From NCBI GenBank assembly GCA_951406725.2, contig OX597819.1:88846001-88910000 (forward strand): 64,000 nt of DNA. Reading direction: 5' to 3'. The translations under genes and the position numbers were made by a program. The stretch comes from Octopus vulgaris (lineage: Eukaryota). Positions 51,228 through 64,000 of this stretch are shown one piece after another. The notes beneath the pieces were generated by a model. It ran no database searches. It was not told where the DNA came from and worked only from the letters and a program-made list of their open reading frames with translations. Numbering within the stretch: position 1 is the first letter of the stretch; each line of letters opens with the position of its first letter.

Positions 51228-54200
51228 TAGAAGAATAAGAATTTTGTTTATTTAAGATAAAGGCCAGCAATGGTGTATGAGAAGCAATGTTGACCATGGC
51301 AAGATTTGAACTCAGAACATAAAGAGACCAAACTAAATATCACAAAGCATTTTACCCAACACTTTAATGATTCTGCCAATTCACAGCCCTAAAACCTGGT
51401 GTTACCTCTGGCCTTGCCAGTTCTTGTCAAGCTGTCCAACCCATGCCAGCATGAAAAACAGACATTAAATGATGATGATGTGATTCAAGCACAGGCACAA
51501 GGCCCAAAGTTTGGTTGTGGGAGTGGGTGTGGGTGGGTTAGTCCAGTAAATTGCCCCTAATATTTGACTCTGGTGGGGTTTGAACTCAAAAGAACTGTAA
51601 CTAAATACCACAAGGTATTTTTCTTTTTTACCATCATTCTTATGATTCTGCCAATAACAATAATAATAGTGACTACAAAAACATGATATTATTAGTACTA
51701 AAATAACAAACCATTATTTTGCCTTTAACAAATCACTACCTCAATTACTCATATTTAATTCTGCCACCACCACCACAACCAAAATAATACTAACACATCA
51801 CAAATAATACCAAAATTGAAATAACAGTGGAGATTCTATTATTACTACTAAGATAATAATATCAACACTTCACAAATTACACTAATATAACAACACCGAG
51901 TACGTTGCTACCACCATTGAGATAATAATTCTGACATAGTCACTAATGGTAAATATAACAGCAACAATGAGCTAACAATGGTGGCTCTCTCTATGATTGA
52001 TTCATCCGCTAGAAATAGCAGACAAATTTTCCCCTTACATCATACTCCCTTTCTCCACCATCTTAACACACACATATGCAAAAAAAAAAAAAAAAAAAAA
52101 GGAAGAGAAAGAAAAGATGTTCGATAATACAGTTCAAGACATAGAGCGGTTGAATAAGAAATGGTATATATTCATAGCTGGAATGTCTTTGATCACAGGT
52201 CTATTTGATTAAAGCTGACTTGAGGCAAAACAACAACAACAACAACAACAGAGACATCACTACTGGAACTATTATTACTATTATTATTATTATTATAACA
52301 ACAACGTAGAGCATTAATATCGTTAATATGTTCACGCCACAATTAGCACAGTCGCCAAGCCACCCCTGCCAACATTGTTACGAATGGTTCAAAATTAAAT
52401 TAACCATCATCACATTTAATGGAAAGTATATTACCTTGGTTGCCATGCTACAGAAAGCTGACACCTTATAGTTTATCGGGGTAGCATTTACTACACCCTA
52501 CAATGATACATACTGTTCTTGTTATTAATAAAGTAGTATCTATTGCACTTGATACTCTCATTGTTTGTTGGAAGTATTATAAGGTAATTGCTTTAAAAAA
52601 TAGCACACACACACACACACATATCAGCTTTGTATGTGTAATAGAGAGTGTGTGTGTGAGAGAGAGAAAGAGAAAGTGTGTGTGTACAGGTATATATTTC
52701 TTTATTGCCCACAAGGGGCTAAATATAGAGGAGACAAACAAGGACAGACAAACGGATTAAGTTGATTACATCGACCCCAGTGCGTAACTGGTACTTTATT
52801 TATCAACCCTGAAAGGATGAAAGGCAAAGTCGACCTCGGCGGAATTTGAACTCAGAACGTAACGACAGACGAAATACGGCTACGCATTTCGCCCGGCATG
52901 CTAACGTTTCTGAGCCATATGGTTGAACAGTTTGTTTCCCAACCACATGGTTAAGGGTTCAATCCCACAGCATGGTACTTTGAGCAAGTGTCTTCAGCTA
53001 TAGCCCACGGTTGTCGACTTTGCCTTTCATCCTTTCGGAGTCGATTAAATAAGTACCAGTTACACACTGGAGTCGATATAATCAACTTAATCCGTTTGTC
53101 TGTCCTTGTTTGTCCTCTCTGTGTTTAGCCCTTTGTGGGTAGTAAAGAAATAGGTATTTCGTCTGCCGCTACGTTCTGAGTTCAAATTCTGCGGAGGTCA
53201 ACTTTGCCTTTCATCCTTTCGGGGTCGATTAAATAAGTACCAGTTACACACTGGGGTCGATATAATCGACTTAATCCGTTTGTCTGTCCTTGTTTGCCCT
53301 CTCTGTGTTTAGCCCTTTGTGGGTAGTAAAGAAATAGGTTAACCAAAAACTCGTTAGTAGATCTAGTAGATGGAAACTGGAAGAAGTCCCTTGTAAATGC
53401 ATGTGTGTGTGTGTGTGTTTGTGTGTGTTTATATGTGCAGGTATGTACGCATGTGTGTGTATGTGTGGGGGGAATATGTTTGTGTTCATGTCACTTTGCT
53501 TTGATAACAAGTGACAGTTGTAAACGAGTGTGACTGTCATATAAGAAGTGTTTCTCATTTCCAATCTTCCATGAAAAACATGTCCAGCAAGGGTGGAATA
53601 TTGCCTTGCTTAGCAACAGGTAAGTGTTGGTGACAGGAAGGGCATCTGGTTGTAAACAAAAAATCTGTCTCAATGAATTCCATCTGACCCATGCAAGCAT
53701 GGAAATGTGGATGTTAAAATGATGATGATGATGGTGGTGTGTGTGCATGTGCGCACGCATGTGTGTTTGTGTGTGTGTGCATGGTTAAGAAGTTTGCTTC
53801 ACATACACTTTGGTTTCAGTTTTGATCCCTCTCGGAGGCACCGTGGACAAGAGTCTTCTATAACCTAAGACTGAACTAATACTTTGTGAATGAACATTGG
53901 AAGATAGAAACACAGAAGCCCATTGTCTGTGTATGTGTGTGTGTTGTAGAAAGGAGTGCAAATGTGTATGTGTGCATGTATTTGTCTTCATATGGACATT
54001 GGTTGCAGCATGTTTATGCAGTTTATACTGAGGACCAACATGGGGAATTACAACCGTGTTTCGTGGTCTGCTACCACAACAGCTCCTTTATAGGATCCAG
54101 TTAGCTCAAGACATCATCAGGAGGAACCATGTCCGGTTTCGGCCCCTACTCCTCTACCATTTTGACGTGGCGGGGCTCACCCTTTCGGAGGTGTCTTCAG

Positions 54201-55839
54201 CTCTGGTGTTGGGCGCATGTCTTCTTTCTTCTGTTCCCTGGCCTCTTCGGTGTAATGCCAATGAGTGTCAGCTGGTGACTGACTGACTTGTCAAATTTTT
54301 TCCCTTTAAATTGGCAGTAGAGTTGAAGTACCTTGCTTAAAAAAAATAAGTACTGGCCTCAAATAAGGCCTTAACAAGCCTCATCCAGACAAAGCCAACA
54401 TGGAGAGAGCAGACACAAAAAAAAAATGATAATGATTTTATGTGTCTGTGTTTGTGTGTATAATAGTTATTTTCCATACATACAATATTAAAAGATTACA
54501 TTTATAACAAGAGAGAAGAAAAATAAAACAGGGAAAAAAAATAACAATGAGAACTGAAGCATAGATATTTTGCTAGCTGAGCAATCATGCATATCAGTAC
54601 ACCTCAGGGGGTTTGCAACCTCCTCTGTCAAATTAAACACACAAATGCTATATGTATAGTACTCAGGCTCTTACTTCAATGCACACACACACACACACAC
54701 GCACCTAACATATATTTCATATGAAACCTTCTTGGTAACCTTGTATGAGCAAAGTATGATAAATTTCTACCAATGTTTAACACAGTAAGATATGCTGCTT
54801 TTGATTTAAAGCAAATTTCTGCTTGACAACACACAGGTGGTGATTTCACAGAATCATTAGAGCTACTGGTCAGAACGTAAGTGGTATTTACCTTCAGAGT
54901 TCAAATCTTGCTGACCTCGACTTTGCTTTATGTCTTTGTGGGGCCAGGATGTCAGTAAAATAACTATCCATGAAGTTATTATAACATCAACTAGATGTGA
55001 ATGGGATAATAATAATAATAATAATAATAATCATAATTCTTTCTAATTTTGGTACAAGGCTAGCATTTCAAATAGAAAGGGCCTGTCAATAATTATTCTT
55101 TCCACAGTGGAAAAAAAAGGCCTGAAATTCTGGGAAAGGTGTATACAGTTGATTACACTGACACAGGTACTTATTTTATCAACCTCCAATCAGATGGAAA
55201 GCCAAGTTGATCTAGGGAGAATTTGAACTCAGAACTCAATCAATAATAATTATAGTAATTATAATAATTCTTTCTAATATAGGCATAAGGCCTGAAATTT
55301 TGGAGGAGGAGGCTAGTTGATTATAACAACCCTTGGTGCTCAAATGGTACTTTATTTCAGAGACCCTAGAAAGAATGAAAGGGCAAAGTTGACCATAGCA
55401 GAATTTGATCTCAGAACGGAAAGCCAGAAAAAACGCTGTTCGGCATTTTGTCCTGTGTACTCACGATTCTGCTAGTTTGTTGCCTTGTCAATAATAATAA
55501 TCTTTTTCACTATAGGTACAAGGCCTGAAATTTTAAGGGTTGGGGTTGGGATGAGGGCTAATTGATCATATCAACTCCAGTGCTTGACCGGTGATTAATT
55601 TATTAACCCTTAGAGAATGAAAGACAAAGTCAGCCTCAGAGGAATTTGAACTCAGGACATAAATCCAGTAGAAATACTACTCAGCATTTGTTCCAGAGTG
55701 CTAATGATTCTGCCACCTTAACAGCAACAACAATAATAATCCTTTCTACTGTAGGCACAAGGCCAACAATTTCAGGACAGAGTATAAGTTGATTACATCA
55801 ACCCTAGTATTCAACTGGTACTTTTTTTTTTCTGCCTTT

Positions 55840-56165
55840 AACCCTCCAAAGTGGAGTATAGGCCACTTATAATTGAATTCCATGTTGCATAATTTTTCGC
55901 TTCTGTACTTATACTCTGCCATGAATGTCCCCATTTTCTAGTTCTTTTTGTGTCGATCTCCTCCATGAGTTCTTAGGCCTACCTCTCTTCTATATCCATC
56001 CAGATTCCACTGTAAAGCATTTTTCGCTACATTTGGTGTGTCTTTTCTAATCCACTTCCACTTTTTCTTAAATATTTGCTCCCTAATCAAAACTTGATTT
56101 GTTCTTTACCATAGCTCCATATTGCTTATGTGTTTGGGCCATCTAATTTTAAATATACTATGCAA
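55840..56165 (-). mobile_element. RTE LINE 3' fragment
   Basis: Minus strand gives IFKIRWPKHISNMELW ... KKWKWI ... ALQWNLDG. Confidence 0.7.
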
Positions 56166-57303
56166 GAATATGTACTTATTTTATCAACCCCAAAAGGATA
56201 AAAGATAAAGTCAATCTCATTGGAATTTGAACTCAGAATATAAATATGGACAAAATGCTACTAAGCAATAACAATAATAATAAAAAAAATACAAATGAAG
56301 AAACAGACACAGTGTGAGTCTGACTTAACATAGAAAAGTAAGGATGTGTCCGTGTGTGTCTTTGGTGTCATGTCTAATGACTGTAACAATCTCTCGGCAG
56401 CAGATTGAATTTTTGAGAATATTTATAACAGCTCATTGAGTTAGGTGTACAGAATTTAGCAGTGACCAGCTGAAAAATGCAAGGGAGTGGTCTACAGGGG
56501 ATTTGAATAATCTAGCAGTCTATGCACTTGCAGTCAAATATCATATCCACTTGGCTATTTTCCTTTTGATTTTATCAGTAGGCTGACTAGCATCATAATA
56601 AGATTACCAAGCTACAGTTAGTTCGCTCTGCATCAAAATAATGTGTGTGACATGGCTAAGGACACATCTCAAAACTAATGTTCAGAGGATTAAATAACAT
56701 GGTATTAAGATTCTTTTTTTAACTCTTTTGATGCCAACTTGCCAGAAACTACCTCTGTTTCACTGATATAGAAACCACCGAATTTAAAGTGTTTATATTT
56801 TAAATTAAAAATTTCCATCATAGTTCTAATTTAGTCAAGTCACTCCAGACAAATTTAGTCACTTTACCGAATCCTTGCATAATCCTGGTTATTTTTAAAA
56901 TTAATTGAAACACATGATGTATTTCATTAGAAATATGATTGTAAAGGGGTAGTATCAAAGAAACAAAGTGCCTGAAATTCAATGTAAATATTTTTTATTT
57001 TTCATTGAAAAACAGATTATTGAAGATTATTTTTTTTCTTTGGAAAAAGATGAAATGATGAAAATTCAACAAAGCTCTTCCATTGGAAAAGAAATTGGTT
57101 TAGAAGATAAACATATAGAACAGGAAGGAGTCGCTTTGTGATTTCTTGACCTGCTGGAAATAGTAACCAAATATTCTCTGCAAATCACTCCATATCAACT
57201 CATACAAAATAAGGACTATGTAGACACAGGCAGCTATAAAAAGACAAGATGGTCATAACTGAAATGCTTTTGACCATAAACATAATCAATCAAGGTTGAT
57301 TTA

Positions 57304-57650
57304 GGTGCAGGAGTGGCTGTGTGGTAAGTAGCTTGCTTACAAACCACATAAATCTGTTCAGTCCCACTGTGTGGCACCTTGGGCAAGTGTCTTCTACTAT
57401 AGCCTCGGGCTGGCCAAAGCCTTGTGAGTGGATTTGGCACTGAAAGAAGCCTGTCGTATATATATGTATATATATATATATATATGTGTGTGTGTTTGCG
57501 TCCCCATAACTTAGTGGTTCGGCAAAGAGATCGATAGAATAAGTACTAAGCTTACAAAGAATAAGTCCTGGGGTCGATTTGCTCGACTAAAGGCAGTGCT
57601 TCAGCATGGCCGCAGTCAAATGACTGAAACAAGTAAAAGAGTAAAGAGTA
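57304..57650 (+). mobile_element. tRNA-derived SINE family A
   Basis: Starts ggtgcaggagTGGCTGTGTGGtaag ... GTTCAGTCCC and ends gtaaaagagtaaagagta. Confidence 0.85.
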
Positions 57651-59181
57651 AGCTACACTACAACAGCAACGCCGCCATCACCACCACACTACCATAATAT
57701 ACATTATTCCACAAAAAAAAGCTGTCAATTTTGTCAGAAGTGTTAGTCCATGTTATTGAGCCAAAAGCAGGTGACTGGTATTTTATTGATCATGAAAGGA
57801 TAGAAAAGAAGGTTGACATTAGCAAGATTTGAAACTAGAATGTATAAAGATTGGCAGCTTAATGCTGCAATATATTTTAGTCCCGTTCTCTAACAATTTA
57901 ATCAATCATACACACACATTTTTACTATAGATACAAGGCCTGAAATTTTGAGAAGACAGCTGATTACATTGACCCTCGGTGCTCAACCGATACTTTATTT
58001 TATCAACCCTGAAAGGATGAAAGGCAAAGTTGATCTAAATGGATTTTGAACCTAGAACGTACAGAGTCAAAAGAAATGCCACAAAGCATTTCACCTGACA
58101 CACTAATGATTCTGCCAGCTTACCATCTTCCTTCCAATCCAGCGATATATATTAAATGAAATTACATCCAATATACTAATAATGGTTTATATCTGCTTAT
58201 ATTAACACCCTTACCTGATTTAATAAATTCTCTTTCACACTTCATTAGTTATCAATAGTCATTCATAATTTTGCACTTCTCTCCCACCACCAGAAAAGAA
58301 AAAGAAAAATGTGTATGTGTGGGTGAGAAAGAAAAACAGAGCACAAAGAAAACTCTCATATAAAAGACCTTCTCAGCTGAATGATATGAGAGAGCTACAC
58401 AAAGAGAGTAAGTTCAGTGAACTGAATAAACTTGTAAAGAGCTTTAGTGCCAACCTTTCCCTTAATCTGACAACCACCACTTTACTTTACACCTTATCTT
58501 TTTTTGGATACTGAAAAGTGCCTTATCATCATGGACAAGAAATGAAGCGCAGTGTTTCTGTGTTTTAGATTTCTTTTTCCAGTTAGAAGGAACAGAAGCA
58601 GGCACTGCTGTGTGGCTAAGAAGCTTGCTCCCCAATCAGAGTGGTCTTGGGTTCAGTTTCACTGCATAGCATCCATCTATCTATCTAGGTCATTCCTCAG
58701 GATAACCCAAGACTGTTTCCACACATTTTCCCCCCCATTCATCTCTATCTTCTGTATCCCCAAGCAAGTTGTTGATACAGGTCATCTTCCTCCTTCCTCT
58801 CCTGGTTCTTCTTTCTGTTGGATCCCAGAGCACTAGCTTGTTAGCAATTTCATCAATGTGTCTGATGCAGTGTCCAGCATAGCAACTTGAGTAAATATAT
58901 TTTACTATAGCCCTAGGCTAACCAAAGCCTTATGAGTGAACAGAAAAAGAAAAAGCTCATTGTACATACATACATGACACTTTTTTTTCTCTCACTCCAT
59001 TTGTTTTCTCTCATTCAATTCCTTTGAGTGAAGGCTCAAAATGTCAAAGACTCTTCCATTTTACCTGAACATCAAACTAATACACCGTGTTTGCTGTTGC
59101 CTCACCTTTTTTGTTTTTTGTACAGTTTATAACTACATATCTGTGTGTGTGTGTGTGTGTATACATACACACACAGGTATG

Positions 59182-59214
<33 letters not shown>

Positions 59215-60519
59215 TTGTGTGTGTCTGCCATCACCACCTGGCAACCAGTGTTGGTTTGCTTACACCCACATAACTTAATGGTTCAGTGAAAGAGACCAAT
59301 AGAATAAGTACTGTAGTTGATTTGTTTAACTAAACCCTTGTCAATCCACCTCATGGTCTCAGTGGACAAAATAAAAATGGTGTTGCACTGGAGGATGGCG
59401 AGGGAAATGTACTGAAACAGTCACTCCAGGTAATGAGGGACACACTTGCAGATAGCCATCTCTGCTCTAATAGCAAAGAGCAGGAATCTAATCTGGGGGC
59501 CAAAAACATTAGGTCTCCACAGCCCCAGGCTCAACCACAAATCTGTCAGAGGGAGGCCAATACTTTGACATTTTGCCCTTCATGAGCAGTGAAGCCTGGA
59601 CTGCCAGCCAAATACATCAGGTTGCCATTGGAGACGGTTTCGTAGCATGTGGCATCCCAGACGAGAGGCCTATCACCATGAAATGAAAAACTTGGTGCAA
59701 AGCATAGTCTAGACACTGCAGGTTTCCTTTCCCAGCTTGAGGCAGCGGGGTTGAGCAGAGGGGACAATAAAAGGACAGATGGCATGGCAATTTTTGGATA
59801 AGAACTAAGCAAAAGCCTCATATGTGTTATGTTATGTACTCATGCGTGTGTGTATGTGTGTGTGTCTGTTTGTCTCTTTGTCTTGGTTACAAATAAATCA
59901 GTTATATATACTTTGTGGCATCAATTCAGTGTGAGCCAAGGCTATTTCTACTAAAGGAAAACTTAGCAATTAGATAAATGAAGATCAATAAAATAAGAAG
60001 AAAAAGCATTAAGGTCGATATATCCCAAATAAAAAAAAAAACAGTAAAAGAAGAATTTAAAATATGTACATATTTCTTGCCTTATAAGAATGGTTGGTAT
60101 CATAAAAACTACATACATGCAAATATGTAAGTATAGAAATTCTTTTAATATAAGAAACTATTATAAATATCTGAAATATTGGAGTGATATAAAATGATAG
60201 GATTATTGGAATATATCTGTGTCTGAAAAAGTTTGTTATAAAATCAATTAATGTAAATTCAATTTACTAATAAAAAATATTAAAGAAGAAGAGAAATAAG
60301 TCAGACCATTAAAGCAACAATTAAAAAAACAAAAACAAACAAGAAACAGTAAGTAGATTTAAATTTCAGTGAGGAAAAAGTATAATCTATAAAATTTATA
60401 CCATTGGATCTAGAATATCATTGAAATAAAATTATTGTTTGATCCAGTAAATAAGCACAGGCCACTCCTGTGTTACTATTTCACCCTCATATAAGACTAA
60501 ATTCAGCATAAGGCCAAAT

Positions 60520-61100
60520 AGAGGTAGGTAGGAAGTAATGAAATTGAGGAGATATAGGAGCATGTCTACTTAGGGCACACAGTGAATATGAGTTGAGATA
60601 TGGATGCTGAAATCTCAAAGAGAATAAGGGCAGGTTGGAAGGCTTTTAAATCAATAAAGGATATACTTAAAACAAAGCTAGACAATATGCCAGACTCTTC
60701 AATAGAACCAGCCTAGCTGTGCTCTTATACATAAATAAGACATAGGCAACTAAAAAGAGGACAGAATCATTGACAGGCTATGATGCATAGGACCATGGAA
60801 AGATCCATACTAGGAATATCATGACAAGAACATATTCAAAATGAGATAATTTGAAAATGGAGTGGAGTGAATGATGTGATCACAGAATACCAAAAGCACA
60901 AGTTCTGAAGGGCTGGACGTGTTGCAAAGTTCACAGACAACATGTGGATCTGTGCAGTTACCAAGTGGTATCCAAGAGATAGGAAAAGGCTGCTTGGAAG
61001 GCCTCTGTGATGATGGGAAGATAATTTAATTAAGCAATTTGGGTCAAAATGGAAAAGAATGATGCAAACAAGACAAAATAGGAAGTGCATTGTGACCATC
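60520..61100 (+). mobile_element. RTE LINE 3' fragment
   Basis: Broken frames give YLG ... AEISKRIRAGWKAF ... MERSILGIS ... AGRVAKFTDNMW ... WYPRDRKRLLGRP. Confidence 0.8.
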
Positions 61101-61131
61101 TGATGGTCTGGTTAATACTGTGAAAAAACTA

Positions 61132-61486
61132 CAGTAATACCTCACTTTATGGGGACCTGCTTTGTGAGACCCCAAGCATCTACAAGTGATGGTGTGCACA
61201 AGTCTAGTACAAGTGAAAGTGATTCAGAAAACAATAATAATAATAATTTTTATCATAAATGATCTTGAAACTCCTTTTATTTCGCATAAAATATTCTTTA
61301 CATTCTACTGTTGTTTTATTGCCATTTATTTACGAGTATTATAAATTTTATAAGTAAAATATTTTTCTGGGAATAAATTACGATTTATAACATTGCTACT
61401 ATTGGAAATTATTGCTTTGCTCTATGAGTTTTTGCTTCACGAGCAGTCTCCGGGAATAAATTAACTCATATATCGAGGTTTTACTG
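61132..61486. mobile_element. pogo/Tigger-type MITE
   Basis: TA|CAGTAATACCTC ... GAGGTTTTACTG|TA. Confidence 0.72.
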
Positions 61487-61761
61487 TATATATTATTCTA
61501 AAACTAATAATAATCGTTTTTACTAAAGGCACAAGGCCTGAAATTTATGGGGAGGGGGACTAGTCGATTACATCAGCACCAATGTTTCCACTGGTACTTA
61601 TTTATTGACCCCAAAAGGATGATAGGCAAAGCTGACCTCGATGGAATTTGAACTCAGAAAGTAAAGACGGATGAAATGCTGCTAAGCATTTTACCTGATG
61701 TGCTAATGATTCTGCCAGTGTGCCACCTTAACTAATAATGATGATAATAATGATGATAATA

Positions 61762-61799
<38 letters not shown>

Positions 61800-63102
61800 C
61801 CTTTCTACTATAGGCACAAGGCCTTTAATTTTTTGGGAAGGGGACTAGTTGATTACATCAACCCCAGTGTTCCACTGGTACTTTATTTATCAACCCTGAA
61901 AAGATGAAAGCAAAGTCAAGTTTGGTGGAATTAAACCTCTGCTGAGGTTAACTTTGCATTTCATCCTTTTAGGGTTGATAAAATAAGCACCAGTGAAGTA
62001 CTGGGATCAATATAATCGACTAACCCTTCCCCTGAACTTGCTGGCCTTGTGCCAAAATTTGAAATCAATAATAATAATAATAATAAGAAGAATAATAATG
62101 ATAATAATAATAATAATAATATTTGTAAAGAAAATCCCTCAAAGAAATTGAGTTCATTCTGTCAAAAGAAGCATTAAAAAAAAAACCTCACCCACTTATA
62201 TACAAGTAGTACAACAAGACAAAAATAACCAGATTCTATAACAGAAATTTATCATTCTGCTACTGCATTGTAAACATTTTTTACAGGCAGTAGTGTCACC
62301 ACACATACATGTGCTTGTGTGTGTGTGTTACACGTAAACATAACTTTTTATCTTTTCCTTGTTTCATTCATAGGATTGCAGCCATGCTGGGGCACCACCT
62401 CAAAGGGTTTTAGCCAAATACATCAACCCCAGGACTTATTTTGTAAGTCTGGCACTTATTTCAGTAATCTCTTTTGCAGAACTGCTAGATTACAGGGATA
62501 TAAACCAACACCAGTTGTCAATCAATGAGGGAGAACAAACTCAAGCATACACATGACAGGGTTCCACATAGTTTCTGCCTACTAAATTCACTCCCAAGAC
62601 AATGGTCAGACCAGGGCTATAGTATGATACAAACTCGAAGTGCAACACAGTGGGACTGAACCCAAAACCACATGGTTGCAAAATCTGCTTGTTAACCATA
62701 CAGCTATGCCTACATACATATTTGCATAAATATATTTATATGATGGACTCTCCTATCGAAGACAATGTATGAGTGTTCAGCTTTTGCCAGATGACCTGCA
62801 CAAATGATTTGATTTGTTTATAGTGATCAAATGTATGTGCCATACATTAGCTCACTCTCTCTCCATCAAATCGACATTGCCTGAACAGATGCACAGTGTA
62901 CCCATGCATCAAGGTCATCATGATTGCAAAGCAATGTAAGATCAAGTGCTTTGCTCAAGAGTGCAACACCCTAACCACTAAGCCATGCATCCTCACATAT
63001 CTATCTATTTATATATATATATATATCATGCTAGCATGGAAAACGGACGCTAAATGATGATATATATATAATCAAAATAAGCAACAAGGATATCTAGAGG
63101 TA

Positions 63103-63196
63103 ATGCAGTACAATCGTTTCATGCGACTCAATTTAATTGAACAATGCAATCATTTCATTACATCAATTTAAAACGTAGAGCAATCTTCAGCTGCAC
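63103..63196 (-). ncRNA. Type I hammerhead ribozyme motif (left arm of inverted repeat)
   Basis: Minus strand: GUGCAG-CUGAAGA-UUGC...GCAU-GAAA-CGAUUG-UA-CUGCAU; GUA triplet; U-U mismatch at the base of stem II. Confidence 0.72.
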
Positions 63197-63302
63197 AAAG
63201 ACATAGAATTTAATTAAATAAGGACATATTAGTATAATTTTGGAGATTTTGAGTAAAATTATACCAATATGCCCTTCTAATTTAATTAAATTCTATGTCT
63301 TT

Positions 63303-63396
63303 GTGCAGCTGATGATTGCTCTACATTTTAAATTGATGTAATGAAATGATTGCATTGTTCAATTAAATTGAGTCACATGAAATGATCGTACTACAT
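63303..63396 (+). ncRNA. Type I hammerhead ribozyme motif, partly decayed (right arm of inverted repeat)
   Basis: Plus strand: GUGCAG-CUGAUGA-UUGC...ACAU-GAAA-UGAUCG-UA-CUACAU; same family as the left arm with a few transitions. Confidence 0.65.
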
Positions 63397-63551
63397 TACC
63401 TCTGGATATCCTTGTTGCTTATTTTGATTTTAATCACCTTATTTTGAAATTGTATGGATAATACCATGCTAAATTCTGGTGCCTCAACTTAAGTATCATA
63501 TTCATCTGAATCTAAATTTTACATACACACATATACACATAAATACACATA

Positions 63552-63845
63552 CAGAGTGTGAAGGGTATTAAAGAACATTTAATTATCAGTATATCGTTCT
63601 CTTTAAACCAATTAGGTTTTTATTTCTTTCAAATCCCCGATGGCAGATAAAATGGTAACACAAGAAATGGAAAGACATGCAGTCATTGTTGTCATATGTG
63701 TGGAATACAGCGATTTAAAAATTGCCAACTTTCTAAATGTTGTAAGATCTTTTGTACACAAAGTTCAGATGGAAATGAAAGCCTCTGGCAAAAATGTTTC
63801 AGCTGCATCAAAGAGAAAAAGACAATCTACACAGACACTCAAAAA
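63552..63845 (+). mobile_element. Tc1/mariner-superfamily transposase N-terminal relic
   Basis: TA|CAGAGTGTG start, then ORF MADKMVTQEMERHAVIV..SDLKIANFLNVVRSFVHKV with an HTH-like pattern that degenerates downstream. Confidence 0.55.
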
Positions 63846-64000
63846 GCTTGCAGAGGCTATTTGAAGGAAGAAACCGAACAAGCAATTGAATGCATTTCAC
63901 ATTTAGCATGACAATACATGACTACCAACATTTTTGGCAACAAATCAGGCAATCAGTAAATCATGCTTGTTGGTACAGTTTGGATTTGGCAGCTTCCGAC

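Larger units (their letters stand above)
34146..52305. repeat. Near-identical tandem duplication of about 9 kb across an assembly gap
   Basis: 34146-43100 matches 43201-52305; the copies abut the 100-N gap exactly. Confidence 0.95.
63070..63521. mobile_element. Hammerhead-bearing element with inverted arms of about 170 bp (Penelope-like inverted pLTR)
   Basis: 63070-63241 is the reverse complement of 63255-63429 with few mismatches; a further 90 bp or so follows; (TA)n on the left and TA/CA repeats on the right. Confidence 0.72.

Noticed and set aside
52434-52497. Open 63-nt minus-strand segment with a good donor (aag|gtaata) as an upstream exon
   Set aside because: The acceptor tract is weak, the open frame is phase 0 (incompatible with the phase-1 LDLa exon), and the peptide is unrecognisable.

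Overview
AT-rich, microsatellite- and SINE-dense eukaryotic DNA that looks like a coleoid cephalopod (Octopus-like) genome; the species is inferred from repeat style only. Almost all supplied ORFs are spurious. The one host gene is on the minus strand and is missed by the ORF track: three phase-1/phase-1 exons (18460-18576, 6922-7035, 3247-3360), each encoding one LDL-receptor class A repeat and most similar to LRP4. The rest of the window appears intronic and holds several tRNA-derived SINE families, RTE, RTE-X and Tx1-like LINE fragments, mariner/Tc1 relics, piggyBac/hAT/pogo-type MITEs and two Helitrons. A roughly 9 kb near-identical duplication flanks an N-gap and is probably two haplotypes. 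The most unusual signal is a set of five sequence-unrelated non-coding elements carrying type I hammerhead ribozyme motifs with palindromic minimal stem III, three with long branched stem II and four sitting at (TA)n tracts. One (27613-28573) has a 582-bp monomer, direct and inverted terminal repeats, and a 5' junction 8 nt from the predicted self-cleavage site, consistent with a Penelope-type or retrozyme-like mobile RNA system.
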